Translations under genes and position numbers: made by a program | DNA from: Ignavibacteriota bacterium | GTDB taxonomy: Bacteria; Bacteroidota; Ignavibacteria; UBA10030; UBA6906 | Assembly: GCA_963702445.1 (NCBI GenBank) | Contig: CAVPCZ010000005.1 | Span: 90 to 64,089 of the forward strand | Reading direction: 5' to 3' | DNA length: 64,000 bases | Shown: positions 54,792 through 64,000 of the stretch, piece by piece | Layout: each line of letters starts with the position of its first letter | Numbering within the stretch: the stretch's first letter is position 1 | The notes under the pieces: model-generated | Databases searched by the model: none | Seen by the model: the letters and a program-made list of their open reading frames with translations, nothing else | Told to the model about the DNA's origin: nothing

Positions 54792-55776
54792 CCGGGGCCT
54801 GATCCGGCAGGATCCAGCTGAACCGTTCCGTCCCGGTCAGCGTCACACGCTCTGCAAGGGCCCGGTAGCGCGCCGCCAGTCCGCACACGTACTCCTGCGC
54901 TTTGGCCGCCAGATCCGTCAATCCCGTCAGTCCGGCCACCTTCCATGAGGCAACCAGGTCATCCACGATGTCTGCATAATCGTTGGCCGTATACACCCCG
55001 GTCTGCTGCGCCACCTTGGAGAAACGGGTGAACAAGAGGTCGTCCTGACCGTCATACATCAACACCGCGGGCATCGTGATTTTTTTCTTCATCATCGCCG
55101 CAAATGCCCGGACGGCTCCGGCAGGATCAAGGACGAACACCTGCTCCATGAACAGCTTATACGCCTTCTCATGCCGGGCCTCGTCACCGGCAATGACACC
55201 GCAAATGACATGCAGGGAGTCTTCCCCCGCCTTTTTCGCCAACGTGGCCACATTCCGGTGTGAAATCTTCGTTGCCCGTTCCTGGAAGGACGTGTACACA
55301 AAACCGAGATACGGGTCGTTTTCCGTCTGGGGATCGAATCCCCGGTTGAGGAGATGATGGATCGTGGTCTCCACCGCGCGCATATTCACCCTGCCGCTGA
55401 AGGAGAGGTAGCGGTTGAGGAGATCTCCGTGGCGGTTTTCTTCGGCGGTCCACCCCCTGCTCCACCGTGCCCACGGGTCATCACTTGTGCCGGTTGGATC
55501 CGTGAGCCCCTTTAACCGGTTCAACCATGTCTGATAGGTCGGCAGGGCTTCTTCCGTCACCATGTCGCCGACGAGGACGGCCAGCAAATCCTCCGGCAGC
55601 GCGCGGGCCCGTTCGCGGAGTGCTGTCAGGCGTTCGACCCATCCATCTCCCTGCAGGTCGGGCAAAAAATCCGACGGCTGCCAGCTCTCCTCGACCGGTT
55701 TCAGCAGCGTGCCGATGTGCTCATGCACAAACCCGCGCATACTCTGGACCACTTCGATATGACTCTCGATCGACAT
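54784..55776 (-). CDS. Soluble acyl-ACP desaturase (di-iron FA_desaturase_2 family)
   Basis: Di-iron motifs [11 protein letters not shown] and [11 protein letters not shown], plus [12 protein letters not shown]. The ATG at 55776 has a strong ggaggaggg RBS (alternative ATG at 55794). The 3' end overlaps the serA 3' end by 8 nt (convergent genes). Confidence 0.85.
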   Translation of the reverse strand: MSIESHIEVVQSMRGFVHEHIGTLLKPVEESWQPSDFLPDLQGDGWVERLTALRERARALPEDLLAVLVGDMVTEEALPTYQTWLNRLKGLTDPTGTSDDPWARWSRGWTAEENRHGDLLNRYLSFSGRVNMRAVETTIHHLLNRGFDPQTENDPYLGFVYTSFQERATKISHRNVATLAKKAGEDSLHVICGVIAGDEARHEKAYKLFMEQVFVLDPAGAVRAFAAMMKKKITMPAVLMYDGQDDLLFTRFSKVAQQTGVYTANDYADIVDDLVASWKVAGLTGLTDLAAKAQEYVCGLAARYRALAERVTLTGTERFSWILPDQAPVT

Positions 55777-55871
55777 CGGTTCACCCTCCTCCATGTCCGG
55801 TAAATGTACAATATTCCCGCCAATCCTCCAACACTCAAGAAAAAGCCCCGCTCTCGAGCGGGGCTGTTCCC

Positions 55872-57200
55872 TCAGTAGTTGCGCCATCCGGAGGTTTTGT
55901 GGCCCGGGGAGGATGAAGACCTCTTCCGGTCCGGTCTCTTTGTCTTCCGTGTCCCATCGCGCTGCGGTTTCCGGCCGGATGGGTGTGGATGGGCATGTGT
56001 CCGCGCGGGAGCGCTGCTGTGACCATGAGCGGGTGCGTCGGGCCTTCCGCCATGTTCCGGCGCAGGGGGAGTGAATCCGGGATATTTCTGAACGGCAAAC
56101 TTCTTTCCGACGAACTGTTCGATACGCTTGAGGTGCAGTTGATCTTCGCGACCGACGAAGGTAATGGCGTCGCCGTTTGCACCGGCACGTCCGGTACGGC
56201 CGATCCGGTGTATGTAGTCTTCCGCGTAGTGCGGAATATCATAGTTGACAACGTGCGAGATGCCGGTGACGTCGATGCCGCGGGCGGCAATGTCCGTCGC
56301 CACGAGCACGCGATAGGTCCCCTGCTTGAACCCCTCCAGCGCGCGCTCGCGCTGCGCCTGTGTCCGGTTCGAGTGGATGGCAACCGAGGTGATCTGCTTC
56401 CGTTCAAGACGCTTGCAGATCTTGTCGGCGCCATGCTTGGTGCGTGAGAAGATCAGGACAGACTGCATCTCCTCCCTGTCCAGAGCGTAGAAGAGCAGAT
56501 CCATCTTCGCGTCCTGGGAGGCGGCATAGAAATGCTGGACAATCGTTTCGACCGGGTTGCGGCGTTCGCCCACTTCCACGGTTTGCGGATCCCGCAACAC
56601 GAGTGCGGCCAGCGCGTTGATTTCCCTGGAAAGCGTGGCGGAGAACAGCAGTGTCTGCCGCTCGGCGGGTATCGCATCAATGATCTTGCGGACATCGCGG
56701 ATAAACCCCATATCCAGCATTCTGTCCGCTTCGTCGAGGACCAGAGTCTGGATGCGCGAAAGGTCGATGCTGCGCCGCTGCATGTGATCCAGCAGTCTCC
56801 CCGGTGTGGCGACGATGATGTCGGCGCCACGGCGGAGAAGTGTGAGCTGTTTATCCATGCTCACGCCGCCATAGATTGAGACGGAGCGGAGCGACAGAAA
56901 GCGGCCGTAGGTGGCGACCGCGGTTTGTACCTGCTGCGCGAGTTCCCGTGTGGGCGTCAGCACCAGCGCCCTTGGGTGACGTTCGCGGGCCCCGGCGCCT
57001 TCATGCTGCGAAAGACGCTGGAGCAGTGGAAGCACGAAGGCAGCTGTTTTGCCGGTGCCGGTTTGCGCACAGCCAATAATATCCTTCCCGGCAAGAGCCG
57101 GTTGGATAGCGAGCGCCTGGATGGGAGTCGGCACGGTGTATCCCGCTGCGCGCACTCCTTGCATGAGACGGTCGGAGAGACCGAGTTTGGTAAAGCCCAT
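55872..57200 (-). CDS. rhlE: DEAD-box ATP-dependent RNA helicase (RhlE-like) with an Arg/His/Pro-rich tail
   Basis: Q-motif/motif I region [13 protein letters not shown], then PTRELA, DEAD ([10 protein letters not shown]), SAT, and [10 protein letters not shown]. Confidence 0.9.
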   Translation of the reverse strand: MGFTKLGLSDRLMQGVRAAGYTVPTPIQALAIQPALAGKDIIGCAQTGTGKTAAFVLPLLQRLSQHEGAGARERHPRALVLTPTRELAQQVQTAVATYGRFLSLRSVSIYGGVSMDKQLTLLRRGADIIVATPGRLLDHMQRRSIDLSRIQTLVLDEADRMLDMGFIRDVRKIIDAIPAERQTLLFSATLSREINALAALVLRDPQTVEVGERRNPVETIVQHFYAASQDAKMDLLFYALDREEMQSVLIFSRTKHGADKICKRLERKQITSVAIHSNRTQAQRERALEGFKQGTYRVLVATDIAARGIDVTGISHVVNYDIPHYAEDYIHRIGRTGRAGANGDAITFVGREDQLHLKRIEQFVGKKFAVQKYPGFTPPAPEHGGRPDAPAHGHSSAPARTHAHPHPSGRKPQRDGTRKTKRPDRKRSSSSPGHKTSGWRNY

Positions 57201-57475
57201 GAAACATACCTTGAATGAATGGAAAAATCGTGAACCGCCGTGACACGCAGAAGTGCGTGCAGGCGATCCTGCACAACCATACAGGTGATGGGAAGCGAAA
57301 GGGGGGTGGTGAAAAAACCTAGCGTTTCGTCATCGGAAAGCGACTCTCAAACGTCCGCTTCCGATACATTGAGACCGGTTGCGGAATGCCTGTCCGCCTT
57401 GCGGCGGACTGCTGGTTTGCAGTGCTTTACTATACCATTTTTCCCGGTGAATTCCTAATCCGGGCCGGGGAGGAA

Positions 57476-58480
57476 TCAGCGCCAGGCGTCGAACACTGCC
57501 TGCACGTTTTCACTCGAATTGTCCTTCCCCCATTCGCACTGCGCAATCACACCGCCCTTTCCATTGTCCAGCGCCGTGCGTACCCGCAGCACGGCGTTCC
57601 GGACATCCTGCGTTGTGCCGTACGGGAGAATCTGTTGTCTGTCAATTTCCCCCCAGAACGTCACCCTGCCCCGGTACTTCCGCCCGAGTTCTTCAATGTT
57701 CATGCAGAAGAGCTGTGAGTTGAGGGCATCCACGCCGGCTTCGATGAGATCGCCGTAGATGGCCTCGATATTCCCGTCCGAGTGGAAAAAGACAAATTTG
57801 CCGGCCGCATGAATGATATCGCAGTAGGCTTTGTACAGGGGCTTGAACGTGGCCCGCCACATATCCGGACTGATGAGGAGCGCGGTGTTGGAACCCCAGT
57901 CATCCATGAGAGCGACCGCATCCACATTGCTGCGCGCCCATTGGGCCACATCTTCCAGATAGTACTCATGCACCATCGCGATGAGCGTCCGCACCTCCGC
58001 GGTGTCATAGGCAAGATCGATGTAGAGATTCTCCGTGCCGCGGAGAAATTGCAGGCGTTCAAACGGCCGCGCGCAGACACCTGACGTCATAAACTTCTCA
58101 CTCGCTTCACACACCCGGTTGATGTACTCCCAGTCGCGCGAATGGAGAAATTCCCGTGGCGGCCGGAAGTGCGGCAGGTGACCCCAGTTTTCCAGGACGG
58201 GGTGTTTGACCTCGCCGATAACCCCCGGCTCGCCGACCTGCCAGACACTCCCCCATTCATCCGTATAGGTGCCGGGACGGGAGAGCTTCTGCAGATCTTG
58301 ATCGTCCGACCCGGGACTCAACTCGGGACGTCCGAAGTCGATCGGGTAGCGGTCCAGCAGGGCATCCAGCTCTGCTTTCCGGAAAAGGGAGACATACGGC
58401 AGAACCCACAGATCGCGCGGGGCACGGTCGGGTTGTGAGAAGGCGAGGGTCGAGCGGACCCGTTCACGGGAAGTCATCAT
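57476..58480 (-). CDS. Second URO-D (uroporphyrinogen decarboxylase) family protein
   Basis: Intact 334 aa. URO-D-like pattern (..[47 protein letters not shown]..). Only distantly similar to the copy at 33230-34270. Confidence 0.7.
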   Translation of the reverse strand: MMTSRERVRSTLAFSQPDRAPRDLWVLPYVSLFRKAELDALLDRYPIDFGRPELSPGSDDQDLQKLSRPGTYTDEWGSVWQVGEPGVIGEVKHPVLENWGHLPHFRPPREFLHSRDWEYINRVCEASEKFMTSGVCARPFERLQFLRGTENLYIDLAYDTAEVRTLIAMVHEYYLEDVAQWARSNVDAVALMDDWGSNTALLISPDMWRATFKPLYKAYCDIIHAAGKFVFFHSDGNIEAIYGDLIEAGVDALNSQLFCMNIEELGRKYRGRVTFWGEIDRQQILPYGTTQDVRNAVLRVRTALDNGKGGVIAQCEWGKDNSSENVQAVFDAWR

Positions 58481-58668
58481 TGGTCGGTCATCTCGCTTTC
58501 GCTATTTTCCGTCCTTTGGCACATAGGTCAAGATATGCCGGATTCTCCCAAGTGTCAACAGCCTCCCCGGTTTTGCATGCTGAGGAAAATTCCTGTACAT
58601 TTATTCAGGCACCGGGTACACGGGTGTACCACCCTCCCCGGATTATCCATCCACCAAGGAAAGCCTCC

Positions 58669-59423
58669 ATGAAAAAGGTCGTGCTCCTCCGTCACGGCGA
58701 AAGCACCTGGAACAAAGAAAACCGGTTCACGGGATGGACCGATGTGGGCCTCAGTGAAAAAGGGCTGGTTGAGGCGCACGAAGCCGGCCGGACATTGAAG
58801 AAGGAAGGGTATGTCTTCGACATCGCTTTCACATCGGTTCTCACGCGCGCCATCAAGACACTCTGGATATCGCTGGAGGAGCTGGACCAGATGTGGATTC
58901 CGGTCCTCCATCACTGGCGCCTGAACGAGCGTCACTACGGGGCTCTCCAGGGTTTGAACAAGGCGGAAACTGCAGAAAAGCACGGAATGGACCAGGTAAA
59001 AATCTGGCGGCGGAGTTACGACATCCCGCCCCCTGCACTGACACCTGACGATCCGCTATTTCCCGGAAAGGATCCCCGGTACGCCGGGCTTGCCGACCGC
59101 GATGTACCCCGACAGAGTCACTCAAAGACACCGTCGCCCGGTTTCTCCCTCACTGGCACGACACCATTGCGCCGGCTGTGAAAAGCGGCAAGCGGGTACT
59201 GATCGCGGCTCACGGCAACAGTCTCCGGGCGCTGGTAAAATACCTGGACAATATATCCGATCAGGATATTGTGGAGCTAAACATTCCCACGGGCATGGCG
59301 CTGGTCTACGAACTGGATGACACCCTGAAGCCTCTCCGGCACTACTATCTCGGCGACCAGGCCGCGATTGAAGCCGCGGCGAAGGCCGTTGCGGACCAAC
59401 AAAAAAGAAGTGACTCCGGGTAA
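58669..59423 (+). CDS. gpmA: 2,3-bisphosphoglycerate-dependent phosphoglycerate mutase; one frameshift near 59110
   Basis: [39 protein letters not shown].., continued after a 1-nt shift as ..[28 protein letters not shown] (ORF 59178..59423). Confidence 0.88.
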
Positions 59424-60296
59424 CCCGTTGTGATCAGCTTCTACGTCGAGTACTACCTCAACCCGCCAGGGCACCAGTATTACCCCCCGCTGCTCCAGGG
59501 CGTTTCGGGTTAGGCCAGCTCGGAGCCTGAGGTCACGTGGAGCGAATCCCCTGCGAAAGACTTGGCAGAGCTGGGCCCCCAAATCAGCGCAGATGGGTCA
59601 GGATCACATCCCAGCACCACATCGCAGCGTCTCGGGAGCCAGGCTCGGTCAAGGGCCACATCGCCGGCCGCCTCGAACTGACGACTCTTCCAGTCCGGGT
59701 CCGTTGCCAACGAAGCGATGACGCCTCGCCCCACCGGGAACTGTTCGTCGAACTGTTCCTGGCGGAGCCCAAGCTCCACTGGGCGAACAGCAGCCCATGC
59801 CTCGCCTCGGCCGCCCAGGATTTCCGACTGTGTCATAACTGCAACGTCGCGACCGTCACCCCGGCAGACGAATTCGTTTAAAGTCGATCTCGCCGACAAA
59901 GTCGGCTCGGACCTTATCCACATCGCCAGCGGCTGCCTCTGCGCGATAGTCCGGCGACAGTCTGCGCGACGGGCTGCACGTCGCCCATGGGCTCGCGGTG
60001 CTCGCACGGTAGGCTGCAGTGACGCCGTCGGGGGAGCAAGCAAAGCCTGTGGCGTGGCAGCTCTTCAATGGGGACGGCTTCCGCGGAGACCGCTGCGCTC
60101 TGATGCTCCAGTGACCAGGGCGGGGTCCAAGGACACCCAGTTTGTCTGGCAATACCCGGCACTCTCGATGCCGCGGAAACAATGGCACTCGTCGATCGAC
60201 ACCGCCTTGCAGGCCGGGCAGCCCGGCTGGCGCATAGACGTGCGATGCCGTGCTACGCGAGTCCGTGGCAACCCCCGGACAACAAGCACGCGACGA

Positions 60297-61449
60297 TCAC
60301 CGACCACATGGCGGGCGTTTGTCGCTTCGTCGCTGTTCCTGTGACTGCCACGGTCGATTTCCAGGTTCGTGGAGGTGTTCATAAAACGGAGTTAGGATGG
60401 AAAGGTCGTTACGCAGACCTGGCCGGACAGAGCGATGCGTGCCCGTTCCTAGAATCGTGAAGGTGAACAGACGCTCGAACGGCCGCGCAAGCTTCATGAT
60501 GGCGCCATCCAGAGCCACCAGCCGGTCTTGGGCGACGGACAGACGATCCCCTGGCATCAGCTGATAATTCGTTTCGACCTCCGCACGCTGAGTGATCGCC
60601 AGCCAATCGATGGGCAAGATCTGACTTGCTGCGCAGTCGCGATCCGGCCGAGCAATCCACATGCGGGTTGAGGACTCGTAGCACAGGCCGTTCACTTGGC
60701 TCAACGCGTCCATCACCGTCTCATTGCCGGTGCAAGGGAAGCGTGCCAGCTGGTCGCCCATGCCGCCCCCCAGCATCACGAGGAATAGACTTTGCTGTTG
60801 TAGGCATAGACGGAAGCGGCCACTTCCGGATGGTCGAGACGCGGCAAGGTGGTCCGCCACCGTGAGACGAATCTCATCCAGCGTCTGACCCACGACCGAC
60901 ACGCTGCCGTATGGTCCTAACGAAATCGTGCCATCCGCCAACACCAGGAACTCACCCGTCAAACGCTGCCGATCCGCCACGCTCCGCAACGACATCGCAA
61001 CGCCAGGATCACGCAGCTGCTTCTGTAAATGGTCGGCAATCTTGTCCGCGCGTCGCGCACGGTCAGTCCGCGAATCTCGATCGCGCCGTACGAATACCCC
61101 AGCTCGACCACACCCCCAGTCCCGATCAGGAACTCGCCCGCGATGGGCTCTTCCGGGAACGTGCCGGTCACTGTGAGCACGACGGTGTCACCGGCCTGCA
61201 AGATGTGCGAAGACTGGGAAACCTGTTGCACCACATCAATCGTCAACACGTCGGGCAGCTCGACCCGGTACATCGCAGCGTGGCCTTGTCCAGTTCGCGC
61301 GGAATCCACGCGTTGCCCGCAACATCCGAAAGCCCGGCCCGGGTGGCCTTGCCGGCGGCGTTTGAAAGACCTGGCAGCCGCCGCTCGTCACCGCGAATAA
61401 TGCGAGCGCAACAAAATCCGGCGCGGAGGATTACGGTTGGTGCATTCAC
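60297..61449 (-). pseudogene. Polysaccharide export protein (Wza-like: Poly_export + SLBB); multiple frameshifts
   Basis: Pieces 61243..61449 (MNAPTVILRAGFCC..), 60959..61309 (YRVELPDVLTIDVV..GEFLIGTGGVVELGYSYGAIEIRGLTVRDA) and 60297..60995 (GEFLVLADGTISLGPYGSVSVVGQTLDE..; TGNETVMDALSQVNGL..; NYQLMPGDRLSV). Confidence 0.55.
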
Positions 61450-61739
61450 GATGTCTTCACGTCAGATCCGTGTTCGAGTACTTGGGCAGCGACCCCCCAA
61501 GGAGTGGGATTACCGGCTATCACAACCGTTATCGGCTGTTTAACCGGAATATCTTGCGTAAACCGCCAAGAACTCCGGTGATACTCCGGCCCGGCTGAAC
61601 GGGCCCACCGACTTTCACCGTGTATTCTTGTTCAGCGGAATGCGCCGGGGACAGTGCGTGGCTGCGGCGAGGGTCGTGCCCAAGGAGGCATGATCGTCGA
61701 AGAAATGGGTTCGGAAACGGGCGATCGACGTGGCAAAGC

Positions 61740-63104
61740 GCAGACCGGTAGCGCAAGTGCTCGCCGACCATAGCGCTCACCGGCGCGGCGAACGCGGATC
61801 AGCGGCAGATGACGACGGCCGTCGAGGCAGTCGATTTCGAAGATGATCGGGTCCCCAGGATCACCTTCCAGACCCACCGCTGCGCGCGCACGGGTGAACC
61901 GCGTGGCCATCGTGTGCGTGGCTCGAAACGCGGCTGTTCGTTGGCGGCCGGGCGCGGTAGTGCACCTCGTTCGGCGTCTTGCCGTCCAAGGTCTCGTGCG
62001 GGCGGTGCTCGTTGTACCAGTCGATGATGAGCTCCAGTTCGCACTCGAAGGCCGTCTGATCTTCGGGGATCGTCGTGAGACGCAGCAACTCTTTCAGCGT
62101 TCTGTGAAATCGCTCCACGACGGCAATACTACCATGCTGGCCGACGGCCCCAAAACGCGGCAGGATGTCTTGCGCCTGACACCAGACGTGCTCGAAGTGC
62201 TCGCATTTGAACTCAGTGCCTTGATCGACAATCAAGTGTTTGGGGCAATCTGTTCTGCGGATATGATGCGATCCAACACCGCCGTGACCTCGGCGGAGGT
62301 GGGCCGGCTCCGGAAACGCCGCATCCGACGGAACGCCGCGAGAAATGATCGATCACATTGAGCACCCACCAGCAAACGGGCCAGCGTTGGGAGATCGCCG
62401 TGGGAATCCAAGGTGTCCAGAAGCCGCCCGAAATTGGCAACGCGGTCAAATCGGCGTTCCAGGTGTGGCCGGGATATTTCGATACGATGCGAACCTGCTT
62501 CTCCCCATTCTCGTGGGTCGGATGCGGGGGCTCGACAGGCCGTTCCTTCAAGATCCGTTCGACGGTCGACTTGCCGATGTGCATGCCGGCCCGGGCCAGC
62601 TTCTCGGCGATCTTCAGCTTGCCGAGCGTCGGGCAGAAGAGTTTGATCTGCTGAACGGCGTAACGCACGACATCCGGAAACCGATTGACCGGTGTTGAGG
62701 TTTGCACGAGTGCGTCATCGTCGACTCGGCGCAGCCAGTCTCGGATCGTGTCGTCGGAGACCAGGAAGTGACGACTCGTTTCCGATTGGTTCCAACCACG
62801 ATGGCGCGCAATTGCAGGATCGCCATGCGTTCCAGGCCGGTGTACTGCGGTCGCCGGCTGGGAAGTACACGCCGCATGCGCGCACTGATGATACGCAACT
62901 CTTCCCGCAGCATCGCCACTTCGGATTCGAGTTGGTGGATTCTGGCGTCTGGCGCATCACCGTTCTTGATCAGCGATTCGCGGGTGCGTGAGCATCGCGA
63001 TCCGCACGATGCCGATCACATGGAGTACTGCCTGCGGACGAGCGCGTGCCAGTTCCTGGGAAGGCCAAGGACTCGGCCTCTTCTTCAAGGATTTCGTCAG
63101 GCAT
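61740..63104 (-). mobile_element. IS transposase remnant with an rve (integrase core) domain; at least 4 frameshifts, ends not defined
   Basis: N-terminal coiled coil/HTH (..IHQLESEVAMLREELRIISARM.., LGKLKIAEKLARAGMHIGKSTVERILK). rve motifs HTWNADLTALPI..WWVLNVIDHFSRR and DQGTEFK..ERFHRTLKE..YNEHRPHETLDGKTPNEV. Tail ..RWPRGSP..GRRHLPLIRVRRA. Possible ATG at 63104. No terminal inverted repeats identified. Confidence 0.65.
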
Positions 63105-63226
63105 GGGGATACCCAGAAATCCCCTACCATACCAGAGTCTCCCAGGCAGCGTACTACGCGACGGACGCTATTGAGGCGGTGAAGCAGCTTCCTCAAGCCC
63201 AGAACTTGAGTGTGTGATTCGAGTGT

Positions 63227-63593
63227 TCAGGATGGTAGCGGGACTACCCGAATGCTTCCCTCCTGGGCCACCGTGAAGTGTCCCTGCCACTCGATATCCT
63301 GCGTCAGAACGGTAAGGAGGAACTTGGTGAGGAATTCGGGAGAGCGAAGGCGGGGGCGCAGCAAGATCACACCGCAAGCTTGCGCCGACTCCTTTACGAA
63401 ACGCCAATTCTCCAAAGTCCTTGTCGAACGTGACAACGACTCGGCTGCCTGTCTTTGCCATCGCAAGTACGGATTCGTCATCCGAGCCGGGTGATGTGTC
63501 TCTCACCCAGGTCAAATCGATTCCAGCTTGCTGAGCCGCATGCACGGCAGCGCTGGGTACGTTTTCGTTCGCCAAAACTTCGCCATCATTCAT
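63227..63593 (-). CDS. DUF5615-family PIN-like putative toxin; one frameshift as assembled
   Basis: MNDGEVLANENVPSAAVHAAQQAGIDLTWVRD..DDESVLAMAKTGSRVVVTFDKDFGELAFRKG, then in another frame ACGVILLRPRL..GHFTVAQEGSIRVVPLP (ORF 63227..63481). Confidence 0.6.
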
Positions 63594-63820
63594 ACCGAGA
63601 GCGGGTAGACTCGATGCTGTTTCATCGCTTCACTGGTATAGCGGAGCGCCGCTTGGATGTCTTCGGCCGCAAGTTGCGGATAATTCGCCAGGATTTGCTC
63701 AGGAGTCCATCCCTCCGCCAGAAGGTCGAGAATGAACTCCACGGCAATACGCGTGCCCTTGATCACTGGTTTCCCCTCCAAGACGGCTGGGTCAATCAGG
63801 ATTCGATCTTGCCACTGCAT
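63590..63820 (-). CDS. DUF433-family putative antitoxin
   Basis: Intact 76 aa. DPAVLEGKPVIKGTRIAVEFILDLLAEGWTPEQILANYPQLAAEDIQAAL is the DUF433 pattern. Its stop overlaps the downstream ATG (ATGA). Confidence 0.7.
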   Translation of the reverse strand: MQWQDRILIDPAVLEGKPVIKGTRIAVEFILDLLAEGWTPEQILANYPQLAAEDIQAALRYTSEAMKQHRVYPLSV

Positions 63821-64000
63821 GTACCGTCTCCGATCAAAGCGAGTATTCTGCAGGTGTCTCAGAGAAGAGCATTGTTTCGATGTGCAGTTCCGCCGACACC
63901 ACCTCTTGGATTATAATGGTGCGGAACATCGAGAAGAACCACCGCATCAGCACGGACGGGGGCGTTGGAAGGGACCTGAGGGATGGTACACCGAAATTGT

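Noticed and set aside
1-64000. Widespread genuine pseudogenisation (a reductive genome)
   Set aside because: The shifts I traced sit in homopolymers, affect essential genes (gpmA, queE, transporter permeases) and often come as compensating pairs. This pattern fits sequencing or polishing indels better. It is not fully excluded for the 212-7000 and 59.4-64 kb regions.
1-64000. tRNA, rRNA, tmRNA or cobalamin riboswitch
   Set aside because: Scanning all intergenic regions longer than 60 nt by eye showed no cloverleaf-compatible sequence, no rRNA-like conserved blocks and no B12-box (GCCACTG) in a non-coding context. A covariance-model scan would be needed to be certain.

Overview
High-GC (about 60% by eye) bacterial chromosomal segment. 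Three ORFs end in Por/T9SS C-terminal sorting domains (NYPNPFNPST...) and clear Shine-Dalgarno sites are used, so it is most likely from a T9SS-bearing member of the FCB superphylum. Left to right: (1) a giant multi-domain T9SS cargo protein (HExxH protease, VWA, 21-nt GQPGxVS repeats), badly frameshifted. (2) A partner-switching module: a propeller/Y_Y_Y sensor fused to a PP2C phosphatase, an RsbW-like kinase, an RsbV-like STAS protein and a second PP2C phosphatase. (3) A metallophosphoesterase, YjbQ and a PhyH-type dioxygenase. (4) About 20 kb of carbohydrate-utilisation genes: an alkaline-phosphatase-superfamily enzyme, a tightly coupled ABC sugar operon with three unidentifiable large proteins, an FAD oxidoreductase, GH4, a heparinase II/III-like lyase and an (alpha/alpha)6 hydrolase. 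This block is interrupted at 23.3-24.5 kb by a low-GC insert carrying an attC-like palindrome and a DinB-like gene. (5) A co-directional minus-strand block: URO-D/MtaA-like gene, 48-aa TM ORF, Na+/solute symporter, secreted coiled-coil protein, a full-length MtaB (methanol:corrinoid methyltransferase) homologue, queD-queE and an MFS transporter. (6) A T9SS S15-type hydrolase, kdgK, an FKBP isomerase, a lipoprotein/TonB receptor/T9SS cargo locus, an OMP, typA, GH26, serA, an acyl-ACP desaturase, a DEAD-box helicase, a second URO-D paralogue and gpmA. (7) From about 59.43 kb a degraded region of different character: unresolved ORF debris, a frameshifted Wza-like export gene, an rve-type IS transposase pseudogene and a DUF433/DUF5615 TA-like pair. 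I recognised no rRNA, tRNA or CRISPR array. Roughly 40 apparent frameshifts are present, and several that I traced sit in homopolymers. They also hit housekeeping genes (gpmA, queE), so I read most as assembly indels rather than real pseudogenes. The best candidate for something new is the MtaB + MtaA-like + symporter block, which has no visible corrinoid protein and sits in an apparently O2-using, non-methanogen, non-acetogen background. All family assignments are by-eye motif recognition and need HMM or BLAST confirmation.
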